A DNA stretch of 63,791 bases, filler included, from Welwitschia mirabilis (taxonomy: Eukaryota): NCBI GenBank assembly GCA_051453625.1. It is 8 parts of one record of this genome, joined end to end, with 100 filler letters (N's around TTAATTAATTAA, not from the genome) between each part and the next. Parts side by side here need not be neighbours in the genome. Positions count along the whole stretch, not along the records: positions 1 to 13,391 come from JBOZIK010000001.1; 7 more parts are not named here. One strand, given 5' to 3'. A model generated the notes under the pieces. That model ran no database searches and was not told the DNA's origin. It saw only the letters and a program-made list of their open reading frames with translations. Numbering within the stretch: the first letter of the stretch is position 1; the number at the start of each line of letters is the position of its first letter. Positions 1-11,260 of the stretch are shown in pieces. Position numbers and translations under genes: made by a program.

Positions 1-1041
1 TTATTTATAATAAAATTATATTCTATACAATATGTAATACATCTTGTGAAAAGGTTATTGTGTGCCCTCAATATACCAGTTGACTAGAGTTACTTGTGTA
101 ACTTGAAATAATGAATTTATCCTTGAAATAAGCATCTCTTCGACTTATGTAAGATGGGATAAAACAAATGGCTAAGGTCTTGGATCCATGTGGTTTTAAG
201 CAAAGAAATGTCTAATTTCTTCATCATCAATTGTGATCCTTTCCCTTTTCTCGTATTGACACCATCTATAGGCAGGACCATGTCTACCTTGTACCAAATC
301 TATAGATTGAAACATCTCATTACAAACTGTGTATGATCTTTATTATATAAAGACTCATATTTCTCTCCAAAATGTCTTAATTCCTTTAGATATATCATCA
401 TTGGACTTATGTAAGTCAAGATACAGATGTTGTTATATTGTTTGGTTAAAACTTCTTATAGAGGATAGGGCATCAAATTTTGATACTATTGCATTAGACT
501 ACCTTTTTCTTAATTCTCTCCTTAAGCATGATTGTTGATTATGATAATCATCCTCCTCCATAATCTCTTTTTGTCCCCTTATGTACTCTTGTCTGGGAGT
601 TAATGATAAAGGACTTTGTTTATTACATATGTGACTTATAGATGTCATACCATTATCTTCTGTCTATTCATTAACTGGTACTAAGAGGTTATTTCTATGG
701 ACATGTCTTTAATTTGTTAATTTAGTTCTTATACTATATGGTTAATCAAGTGTTGTACTATAATAATAGATGCTGTAGTACTTTGTCAAAGAGCTACGTT
801 ATTCATGTTATTCATAAACATATAAGAAAAGGTAATTTTGTCGTAAACCTGGTCTTCATAAAATAATAAAGCTATAAACAAAATAATTCATACCTTCTGG
901 ATTATTGTTGTTACTAATATCATTACATATGTTTACATAGTTTGTTGAGTTTTCAGTATCCTTATGAAGTATTTGCCTTTCACGATATCTTTTTTGCCTT
1001 CCATAGTTTAGGGCTTGTTGGTGTTCAATCTTAGAATCCAT
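1..1041 (-). mobile_element. Decayed Helitron2/Helentron-like Rep-helicase N-terminal region (DUF6570-like), running off the left edge of the window
   Basis: Manual minus-strand translation of ~330->40 gives TVCNEMF..RWCQYE..RHFFA*NHMDPRP*PFVLSHLT*VEEMLISRI.., then after a frameshift SQLVY*GHTITFSQDV. This matches the recalled DUF6570 pattern CxxCxE..CxRC..FSxxNxMDPG..P..L..LT..EEMLI....GQ..YxGHxIxFPQD. The upstream basic ORF 856-1041 (RQKRYRERQ) is on the same strand. Confidence 0.65.
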
Positions 1042-1104
1042 TCTAGATAAATAAAAATAAATGTAAAAAGTATATTTAGAAAATGAAGGTAATCATAAGG
1101 ATGA

Positions 1105-1880
1105 ACTAAATTTTAAAAACCTTTTAAAAACTCAAGTTTAAAAAGTTATATGTAAGAAGAAAGAACACAATTTTAAAAACTCATTTTTATAAAAACCTAA
1201 TTTAAAAACACTTGTTAAGAAATATTGTTANNNNNNNNNNNNNNNNNNNNNNNNNNNNNNNNNNNNNNNNNNNNNNNNNNNNNNNNNNNNNNNNNNNNNN
1301 NNNNNNNNNNNNNNNNNNNNNNNNNNNNNNNNNNNNNNNNNNNNNNNNNNNNNNNNNNNNNNNNNNNNNNNNNNNNNNNNNNNNNNNNNNNNNNNNNNNN
1401 NNNNNNNNNNNNNNNNNNNNNNNNNNNNNNNNNNNNNNNNNNNNNNNNNNNNNNNNNNNNNNNNNNNNNNNNNNNNNNNNNNNNNNNNNNNNNNNNNNNN
1501 NNNNNNNNNNNNNNNNNNNNNNNNNNNNNNNNNNNNNNNNNNNNNNNNNNNNNNNNNNNNNNNNNNNNNNNNNNNNNNNNNNNNNNNNNNNNNNNNNNNN
1601 NACTCATTAAGAAATATTGTTAAGTTAAAGACTTAATTTCCTAATGAACTTACTTTATGAAGAACTTAATTTTTAAAAGAATGATTTAAAAATTAAAAAA
1701 GTAATAAAAATTAATTTTTAAAAGGGAAACCTAATTTTAAAAAGTCCATTATAAAGGCATTTAAATCTTAATAGATGTAAAAGAAAATTTAGAATAAATG
1801 CCTTTATTACATTAAATCTCTAATAAACTTAATTTAAAGAAAACTTAATTTAAACCTAATTTTAAAAAAAACCTAGAAGT
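1105..1880. repeat. Low-complexity degenerate AATTTTAAAAAC(C)T-type repeats flanking a gap
   Basis: Recurrent ttttaaaaac/aacttaattt units on both sides of the 1231-1601 gap. Confidence 0.5.
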
Positions 1881-2144
1881 ACATTTTACAATAATATTCT
1901 TACATTGATAGGAAGACTTTGAAATTAAAAATTTCTATTAACCAAAGATTCATGGGTTTTATAGAAAAAGTCTTAGAGTTTATGCTTAATCTATTTATAT
2001 ATATTTCTAAGCTTGTAATATTGTGATGGTATTTATGTATATCTTAGCTAGAGAAATAATTTAATGTACAAGTCTTAATAGTTAAGGGAAATAGCAAATA
2101 ATTAAGTAATTATCTCTAATTCAAGTAAAAAGGTGTAAACTCAA

Positions 2145-2215
2145 GCTTTCGCTAGGTATCAAACCTATGACCCCACTTTAAATAGCTCTATGACTTAACC
2201 AATATGCTATGGAGC
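2145..2215 (-). pseudogene. tRNA-like element (tRNA pseudogene or SINE head)
   Basis: Minus strand reads GCTCCA-TAGCATATTGG (A-box-like)...TAGG-TTTGATA-CCTA (T-arm stem with B-box GGTTCGANNCC after CpG decay)-GCGAAAGC; 71 nt, with GCT/AGC terminal pairing. The anticodon arm is not interpretable. Confidence 0.55.
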
Positions 2216-2239
2216 AAGGAGCTAAAATAGATTGATTGC

Positions 2240-5220
2240 AATCACAAAAAGACGTTTACCAAGCGGGTAAATGACGCTGCAATCATGAAATGGAATGAAT
2301 TGAAATTAATCTTATTTAAGCAACACGTAAAAGCCAGATGTCACTCAAGAAGATCGCAATGGATGAGAGCACGATATGTCAGGAAATGTGACTAAAGAAA
2401 AAATGAAGAAAACCAAATACACAAAAGGAGGAAGATGCTGATGCCTGGAGAAGCAGTCACAGGAACACAGAGAAGGATTAACTGGAATTGAAGTGGATAT
2501 AAAGATCATAGGAATAGGATGTTGACGGGGTTGAGATAAATAGTTTCAAATGCAATCTGGATTCATAACGCGTCACTGCCCTTCCATCTCTACCTTTTGG
2601 AAATGTCTGAAATAAGAGTCATTAAAAAAAGCAATCCAAAATTTATCATTGAGGGAGCATTACAGAATCAAGGAATAATTCAAGAAAAAAAATGCTAACA
2701 TTGAATTTTGGCAGAATATCATTGATGAATTGAATTAAAATTCAAGGTGTTTTTGTCTTGTTCTAGACGCTCTGTTGCCAAGGAATAACATTTAATTCAA
2801 CCAATAGAAATGCCCTTTCACACAGTGCGATTTCAAGTGCAATCAGCAGACTGATAACGCTATCCTGAACATTCAGTGGATGGGGATGGCCTTTCAACCA
2901 AATTATAAAATATGCTAGAAATGCCTTGCTCAAATTCTAATTATTCAAGGAGACACAAACTATTTGCTCCTAATAAAACAAAGCCATTAAATCCTATTAC
3001 CAGGTGATCTTTGGATATAGATATTGAAGATATACATGTGGATCTAGGATTAAAAAGCTGAAAAATTGACATAACATTTAATATTTTAATAATGAGATAA
3101 GACCAAATCGGAGACCCACTAACATGTGCTGATTTCAAAATGTTACATAGTGTGCATCCATTTTTTAATAATCCCATAAGTCTCTACATTGTAAAATCTT
3201 AAACCCACTCATTAATAAACAACAATTAAATCACGAAATTTCCGCTATTTCTCCTTAAAAAAAAGAATATTTATATAGACCAAAATGATAATTCGTTGAT
3301 TCTTATTACTAGAAATATCTGCAGAAGATTCACTATGATTTCCAGAGTTTTCTGCGTCTGAGTAGAGGGTCGTCTCAAAGTAAAAGCAAACTGATAGGAT
3401 CTTCTCGTTCGGAATAAGGCGTGGACTTTGGATTAATTATCATATTACGAGACTGAATGCAGAAGAGAATCAGAATCATATTCTTAATCCATTCAAAGCC
3501 TATTCATATCCCCTTAAAGAAGTCTTTTCTGAGCTCCTGACTGGAAGTGATCGGAAACTATTGGGCTCGGAATTTGGAGATGTCTAAAGAGCTCTCAGCT
3601 CACTCACTCATTGACGATTATTGGAATTGCTTAAGAAGAGACTGCACGTCGGTTCCCTTCTCTGCGAGTTAAAGCTCGAGCAGACTTCAGATCCACAAAA
3701 CGGGAACTAAACCTGCTCCTCCCGCAGGAAATCCAGCAAGAATAACGGATATGCGCCTCACAAAAGATGAAAAAAATGAACCAGAACACCATTTAAACAG
3801 CACTCGAAAGTAGACGAGAGCGAAGACACCGCCTCCCAATTCCGTCGGTGCCGGCGGAGTCGTCACAGGTTGAACTATGCTCCTTTGACCAGCACAANNN
3901 NNNNNNNNNNNNNNNNNNNNNNNNNNNNNNNNNNNNNNNNNNNNNNNNNNNNNNNNNNNNNNNNNNNNNNNNNNNNNNNNNNNNNNNNNNNNNNNNNNNN
4001 NNNNNNNNNNNNNNNNNNNNNNNNNNNNNNNNNNNNNNNNNNNNNNNNNNNNNNNNNNNNNNNNNNNNNNNNNNNNNNNNNNNNNNNNNNNNNNNNNNNN
4101 NNNNNNNNNNNNNNNNNNNNNNNNNNNNNNNNNNNNNNNNNNNNNNNNNNNNNNNNNNNNNNNNNNNNNNNNNNNNNNNNNNNNNNNNNNNNNNNNNNNN
4201 NNNNNNNNNNNNNNNNNNNNNNNNNNNNNNNNNNNNNNNNNNNNNNNNNNNNNNNNNNNNNNNNNNNNNNNNNNNNNNNNNNNNNNNNNNNNNNNNNNNN
4301 NNNNNNNNNNNNNNNNNNNNNNNNNNNNNNNNNNNNNNNNNNNNNNNNNNNNNNNNNNNNNNNNNNNNNNNNNNNNNNNNNNNNNNNNNNNNNNNNNNNN
4401 NNNNNNNNNNNNNNNNNNNNNNNNNNNNNNNNNNNNNNNNNNNNNNNNNNNNNNNNNNNNNNNNNNNNNNNNNNNNNNNNNNNNNNNNNNNNNNNNNNNN
4501 NNNNNNNNNNNNNNNNNNNNNNNNNNNNNNNNNNNNNNNNNNNNNNNNNNNNNNNNNNNNNNNNNNNNNNNNNNNNNNNNNNNNNNNNNNNNNNNNNNNN
4601 NNNNNNNNNNNNNNNNNNNNNNNNNNNNNNNNNNNNNNNNNNNNNNNNNNNNNNNNNNNNNNNNNNNNNNNNNNNNNNNNNNNNNNNNNNNNNNNNNNNN
4701 NNNNNNNNNNNNNNNNNNNNNNNNNNNNNNNNNNNNNNNNNNNNNNNNNNNNNNNNNNNNNNNNNNNNNNNNNNNNNNNNNNNNNNNNNNNNNNNNNNNN
4801 NNNNNNNNNNNNNNNNNNNNNNNNNNNNNNNNNNNNNNNNNNNNNNNNNNNNNNNNNNNNNNNNNNNNNNNNNNNNAACTATGCTCCTTTGACGAGCACA
4901 ACATTCGCAAAGTGAATTGAGGAGAGACAATTTCAGAAGCTCTGGTGACGAAACGAAACCCAAAGGACGAGCCAAGTAAGCTTTAAAAGAATGTCTGTGA
5001 AGGAAGCTGAGGTGCCATTGTTGCGTTCGCGATTTAGAACGCCTGCTGCCATGACGAGGAGAGTTTCTTATGGTTGCAGTTTTCTTAGTTTCTTATGGTT
5101 GCAGTTTTCTCTTTTCGCTCCTTAAAAATAGCTTATGGTTGGAGCTGTTGCTTTGCTTCCACCACCTTGTTCTTCTCTCTTGTCTTTACGCCAACTGGTA
5201 CTTTGTACCACCAACATAAT
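2240..5220. other. CpG-retaining, GC-richer non-TE island; candidate gene/ncRNA locus with a ~980-N gap inside
   Basis: Abundant intact CpG (e.g. ccgtcggtgccggcggagtcgtc at 3842-3864, gcgttcgcg at ~5023) versus near-total CpG loss elsewhere. No TE motif recognised and no convincing long ORF. Confidence 0.55.
5062..5111. repeat. 25-bp direct tandem duplication (AGTTTCTTATGGTTGCAGTTTTCTY x2)
   Basis: Two adjacent near-identical copies, plus a partial third (cttatggttg) at ~5132. Confidence 0.9.
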
Positions 5221-5871
5221 GGATAATATATGTACACTAACCCTCTAACATTTTAACTTACTAATATATTAACCTAAGTATTTGTAAAGAAACATTAAAT
5301 AACTAATTAAAAGTTATAGTTTTAGGCATAAAAAAACATATTATTAATGAAAATTTATATCATCAATTTTACTCGTTAATTATCTAGAAATCTAAAGGTG
5401 AGAATGACACTGTCTTCAAAATATTAGTTTGAAAGTCTCTTTGAATTTACCTATACAAAATCCTTTTTTAAAAAAGGAATTCTTTTATCATCTTAATCTA
5501 CATGTTAAAGGAGTTTGTCCACCTAAATTAAGTAACTATGAAATATACCATTATTCTTCATAAAGGAGTCCCTTATATTATAAAGTTCAATTATGAATGC
5601 ATTCTCAGTTAGTATATTCTTAGCTTATGAATTAAGATGATAGCAGCTGCTTTAACCTACTGTACAAGATAAATTTGTTTCTAAATTGCTGAAATTATTA
5701 GTATTATCTTATATATATTTTTGGTTTAAAAAAATAAATGAAAAGTAAATATTGTCGTGTCATATACATTTTAACCCATGAAATTGGAATTTAGAAAGAC
5801 TTAACAAGTTTATTATTAGCATGCTTATTGACTATGTTATTTTATTTAAAGTTTAAAGTCTTGGAACCTAT

Positions 5872-5946
5872 GTGAGAGTGAGAGAGATAGAGAGAGACGA
5901 GGGGAGAGAGGAAGGGAAAGATGGGGAGATATAAATAAAGGGAGAG
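5872..5946 (+). repeat. Degenerate GA-rich microsatellite/purine tract
   Basis: gtgagagtgagagagatagagagagacgaggggagagaggaagggaaag. Confidence 0.8.
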
Positions 5947-8900
5947 TAATTAATGTTTCATTCTATATGCTTATGGATTGATTTAATTATTATAAAAATA
6001 AAAGCTTAGATCGATACTATAATATATTTTGCAATCAAGGATTTTCTTCTTCATTGTTTCTTATTCTTTAGTTTTTATATAAAATTTAAAAAGTAGTTAA
6101 ACAATCCTTAGTAAATTTATGAAAATATCCTCAATAATAGTAAAACAAATTTGTATTATATTCCAATTATTAGAAGAAGTCAAATTCGTTGTTTATCCAT
6201 GGTTGAAAAATAGATTTTTGCATTTCAATGTTTTGTACTTGTATCTATTATATCTACTACTACTATTACTATTATCATCATTTAAATAGGTTAATTCATA
6301 GAAAATCATACCACAATTTATGAGATGACTGGTTATTCTTGGCTAAATAAAATCCCATGAGTAGCTTTTACTGTCTTAGGAACTGGCCATTAGATATCTA
6401 AACATCAATTGTAATTCATATGCAAGGTGTTGAAGCTCATGTTTAGATGTACTTTTATAACCAGTAGATAAATGACTAGAGTGAAGAAGCATGAAAAGCT
6501 TGACTACATACTTATAACACAAGTTTAGACATCAAAAATCTAAGATGATTAAGAAGAATAGAAAGATAAAAAGGAGTAAGAATGACAAAGATAAAGATCT
6601 CCTAGTTCAATGTCATCCCAAGAGAAAAGGCAAGTACTTGAAATGATGCTAATAAAGCATAAGAATTGGATACAAAAAATTTTAGGTAAGATGAGAAAAA
6701 ATAATAATAAATATTCATAAAACAACTAAAACAGAAAGGAATCAATGTCAAAGTTGGATGATATTTATATGAGCTTAAGCTCTAGGGAGGGTACTTCTCA
6801 TGGAAGATCTCATCTAAGATCATCCTTTTTTACTTAATGCACTTATTTTTCTTCTTCTCTTCCTTCTATTTCCTTTATCTTTACCTTGTACTTATTATAA
6901 AATTTAAGTAATATAATATACAACTTTTTTTTTTTTTATAAGATTTAAGTCTTTAAGGAATTTTTTGCTAAAGATGATGTAAAACTTTTGTGAGGGGCTA
7001 TAAGGCATTCAAATTTTTGCTAACTTTTAAACTTGTTCTAACATTAACGATAACATGAAACTTTGGTCTAGAATAATATGGGCAATTGTAATTAACATAT
7101 CAATATAAATAAAAATAGAGTAATGGTGTCTTTCAATGAGTGCCAAACTTGTCATAAAGTTCATCATAATTTATTTCCACTTCCATTTATGAATGCTAAG
7201 GAGTTAAAGAAGTTCCACTAGTTTTTAAGCTACCAACTTAGAGAATCCTAGAATGAATCTATGTAAAATCCTATCAATCCTAAGAAAATTTGGGCTTTAT
7301 TACATTTTTTAGCTTAATGCATTCTTAGACTACTTATATTTTTGTAGGATCTATTACAATTCTATGTTTATAGATAGTATATCTTAAGTAATTTACTTCT
7401 ATCTACAAGAAGTTATACTTACTTAGTTTATCCTTGAAATTGTAATCTTGCAATATTTGTAGAACTTTATTAAGGTGGTCTACATATATCTCTTTATCCT
7501 TTAAATACACTAAAATGTTATCCAAAAATACTATTATAGGTTTATCAACATAAGAATGGAAAAAATCATTCATTAGGCTCACGAAAGTTTCTAGTACATT
7601 AGTGAGTCAGAATGGCATTACTACAAATTCATAGCATCCCTATCTTATTCATAATACTATTTTGTAAAAATCTTCTTATTTAATTCTTATCTGATGATAT
7701 CCTAATGTTAAGTCAATTATTAAAAAGAAATTTTATACCCTATAGATGATCTAGAAGATCATAAATTATTGGTAGGGTGTATATTATTTTTATAGCAATC
7801 TTATTCAATTGCAAGTAGTTGATGTATAGTATTACATCTTACTTTTTGACAAATAAGATAGAGGCACCCTAAGGAGATATAGTTGGGTAAATTTTTCCTT
7901 CTAATAATAGTTGTTCTAGTTTTAGTTTAAGCTCCCTAAGTTTTGTTATTGAAAATCTATATGAAACTCTTCTTATTGGTTATGCTTTAGGGATTAAATT
8001 AATGGCGTGTTCTATCTTTCATTTGGATGGTAGATTTATTGTCTCTTCAAAGACTGTGCTAAATAATTATAATCTTTTCTAAATATCATGTTGTAAACTT
8101 GTACTTTCTTATTTAATTATTATGAGGAATAACTATTTCTAATTGATTTCTTTTATTATTTATTTTTTTTATTACTAAGAGGATTTTGTTATTTTTTCTT
8201 GCCTCTTAAACATTTAGTCTCCAAATGAAGATGGAACTATTAGGATTCTTGTTAGAATTTTATTATGATATTGTAGTTGATTAGAAAAGACATTCCTATG
8301 ATGGATTCATAGTTGCAATGCTAAAGGTGTAAAATTTATTTCTAAACTCAAGGTTTTAGATTAAAAATATTATCATTCCTCTTATTTCATTTGATGGGAG
8401 GATGTTTTATCCTACTATTTCTATGAAGGATGTTGGTTCTTATAAAGGATTCATATTTATGCACCACTACTATTTAAAAACAAAACTTGAAAAAAATGAA
8501 ATAAACCCTACTAATTCTAAAATAAAAAATTGGTTTGTTACTAAACCCACATGGACTGCATCACATAGTCTTCATATAAGTAATTCAGGAAGTTATTGCA
8601 TCCAAGATTGATTTCAAGTAGGAGTTATAGTCCCAACGACCTTAGATAAATAATTCCTAGCGCTCGTGGCAAATGATATTACTTTGAATCCTTTTCAAGG
8701 AGATTGATTCCTACTAGTAGTAATCCTTATAGTTTGTTTAGTTTGGTTTTTAGTCCATCTACTATCTTTTTCTTTCAATTAGTATTTGGTTTCTATAAGA
8801 ATCCTTAGTAGATTTAACTTTCAATGTGCAGAGTATGCTTCAAACTTTGGATGGTACTATTCTAATGAAAATATTAATAAGCTACTTTTCTTAAAAAAAT

Positions 8901-9749
8901 TTCAATACTTCATTTGGTGATAGAACTTTGATAAATCCTCATCCAACACTACTTTTTAAATGTAGGAATTAAAATCTAACTATTTGGTCCTTAATAAAGT
9001 CTTCAAGAATGAATTTTGTTTTGAATTTCTCTATAATTTTTTTTCAAATAATCTTATGATTAAATTTTTATTAGCATTAAAGCCACCATTCTTGTGCATT
9101 TTTGATGAGGAAGACGGTAACATAGATGCATCTCCTTTTGGTGGTGTATTATGGAGGGTAAAGTATTTTCCTATTTGTTGAAGCCATAACATAGCTTCTT
9201 CACTGGTTCCTGCTTTATCCTCATAGATTTACAAATAGATCATTTTTGCAATTTCATTGCTCTTTCATTGTTTTGTGGTTAGACCATTTACTTGGTTTGA
9301 CAACAATTCTTGAAGATTTAATTTTTATTTAAGATCATGATTTGTAAACTTTGAATATCAAATTATCTTATAGGAGAATCTAATATAGAAGTGGAAGGTT
9401 GATCTAGTGGTGACTATAGATCCTACTCTATTGGATGGCTTGATTATTCTAAACATGAAAGAAGTAAATCCATTATTTTGGGAAGTTTTTGATTTTGTAA
9501 GTAAAACTCATTTAGTTAGTTCTTGATAGTATTTATTTGAGAATTTATTCTTTGATCCATTACTCTCTAATGCATTTTATGTCTCCTTTATGCCATCCTA
9601 TTTTTTATGAGTTTTACTAGCCTTAAATAGGTATACTTTCAAGGGTTATTTTGTAACTATCATTATGGTTGATTAATGTTTAGTAACCATCAGGGTCAGT
9701 TGATAACTTGCGTAACCATTATAACTATTACAAATGTTAAAAGGACAAA

Positions 9750-10760
9750 CAATTATAATATTAGACCTATGAGAAAGAAATTATAACTTTAGGCCTAGTA
9801 GTGGGTTTCTGTAATGTTAGGCCTAGGGAATAGACAAATGTAACATTAGATCTAGGAGATAGATAAGTGTAACATTAAGCCTAAGGAATAGATAAGTGTA
9901 ATGCCAGGCTTAGGAGTAGGTTTTTATGATGATAGGTCTAAGATGAGGCAAGTGTAATATTAGGTCTAGGAAACAGACAAGTGTAATATTAGTTTCTATT
10001 TGCTAAGTATGACATTAGACTCTAACTATAATAATAAAGTTTTATAACCAAGTATGACATTAGACTTTAATTGGACAAGTGTGACATTAGGCTTTTGCTA
10101 ATTAAGTATAACATTAGACTCCAACTGTGATATCAAACTTCTGTGACCAAGTGTGACATTAAAATTTAGTTGTTCAAGTGTGATGTTAGACCTTCATGCG
10201 TCAAGTGCAACATTGAACTTCAACTATAACATCAGGCTTTTATAAGTTAAGTCAAAAATTAGATTTTAATTGGTCAAGTATAACATTAATCCTAAGAGGA
10301 TTAAGTATGATGTTAGGCTTCTGTGGTTCAAGTGCAACATCAAGAATTGGTTATCCAAGTGCAACATCAGGCTTTTGGGGATAACTGTAACATCAAATAT
10401 GGAGGCCTTTAACTATGACATTGAGTTTTTTAAGGTAACTATGATGTCCAAGGTGGAACATGACTAAGTTTTTTAAGTAATTATGACATTAGAGATGGGG
10501 TTCTTTACATGTGACATTAAGTTTTTTGAGGCAACTATAATGTCAGATGTGGAGAACTTGAAGTACAACATTGAGTTTTATATGCAACTATAATTTTGGA
10601 GGTGGGGCACATAAATATAACATTGAGTTGTGTCTCTAAGTGTAATGTTGGAAGTAGGGCCTACAACTATGATGTTAGACCTATGGATTAACTATGATAT
10701 TGGGTATAAGGCCCTCAACTCTGATGTTAAACCTATGGATAAAATATAAAATTAGGCTTA
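9750..10760. repeat. Structured tandem array (~39 units of 19-29 bp) with conserved core TRYRAYRTYRR (ancestral TGCGACGTCGG) in the retrotransposon 5' leader
   Basis: Core variants tgtaacattag, tgtgacattag, tatgatgttag, tgcaacatcag recur every 19-29 bp. Three sub-blocks: 28-29-bp monomers, a ~99-bp four-unit higher-order repeat (~27+19+26+27), then ~54-bp dimers. Confidence 0.9.
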
Positions 10761-11248
10761 TTTTCTAGTTTTTATGTCATAGTTGAGTGATTCTCCTACA
10801 TTGAGCTTAACTAATGTTGAATGTTGTTAACTTAGACTAATAAAGACATATCTTTGCTATTTTGGTAATAACTTTTACATATAGAATCAAATTCTTTTTA
10901 TCACCCCATTCTAGAAAGCTTATGAAGAGATTGATAGGGAACAAAGAAGTAAAACTTAATTTTATCTAGAATTTTCTTTAAATTCTATCTATAAATTATT
11001 TAAAATTAGCCATCCTTATTGGCATACATAAAAGGTTTAGTCCTTTTTACCACTGTTTTGATTATAACTTCTTTGAATTGACTTTATTTCTATTTCCATG
11101 TAATTCTATTCCTTTATATTTTTATGTTCTTTGATGTTTTTGTATTATGGACTTTTATCTTAATGAAATTTAGCTATTTCTTATGAAATCTATATTTCAT
11201 ATTTTCTTCTATTTTAGAATTAAAAGATAGCAATTTACTATCTTTATG

Positions 11249-11260
11249 GCTCTGATACTA
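11249..11260 (-). promoter_or_regulatory. Primer binding site, tRNA-iMet type
   Basis: gctctgatacta is the reverse complement of TAGTATCAGAGC, 11/12 to the canonical TGGTATCAGAGC, upstream of minus-strand gag-pol. Confidence 0.75.

Larger units (their letters stand above)
7040..11260 (-). mobile_element. Decayed Ty3/gypsy chromovirus (Tekay/Del-like) internal region: PBS, 5' leader array, gag, RT, partial integrase
   Basis: Minus-strand motifs *GASILFVKK (~7870), LYINYLQLNKIAIK..YTLPIIYDLLDHL (~7750-7830), GCYEFVVMPF*LTNVLETFVSLMND (~7565-7640), IIVFLDNILVY (~7500-7540), GLIGFY.RFILGFSKLVA (~7230-7280), and integrase KWKWK*IMMNFMTSL (~7145-7190). tRNA-Met PBS at 11249-11260. Confidence 0.85.

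Noticed and set aside
3687..5052. Protein-coding gene or known conserved uORF across the island gap
   Set aside because: Joining the gap flanks gives a ~135-codon minus-strand frame without ATG plus short ORFs. None matches the SAC51, bZIP11, SAMDC or GGP uORF peptides as I recall them.
6330..6530. hAT dimerisation-domain relic (ELAIRYLNINCNSY)
   Set aside because: A single weak motif with no TIR or other transposase motif seen; not supportable without a search.
9750..10760. CRISPR-like repeat-spacer array
   Set aside because: The core is only ~11 bp and degenerate, spacers are related to each other in higher-order patterns, there are no cas genes, and the context is a eukaryotic retrotransposon.
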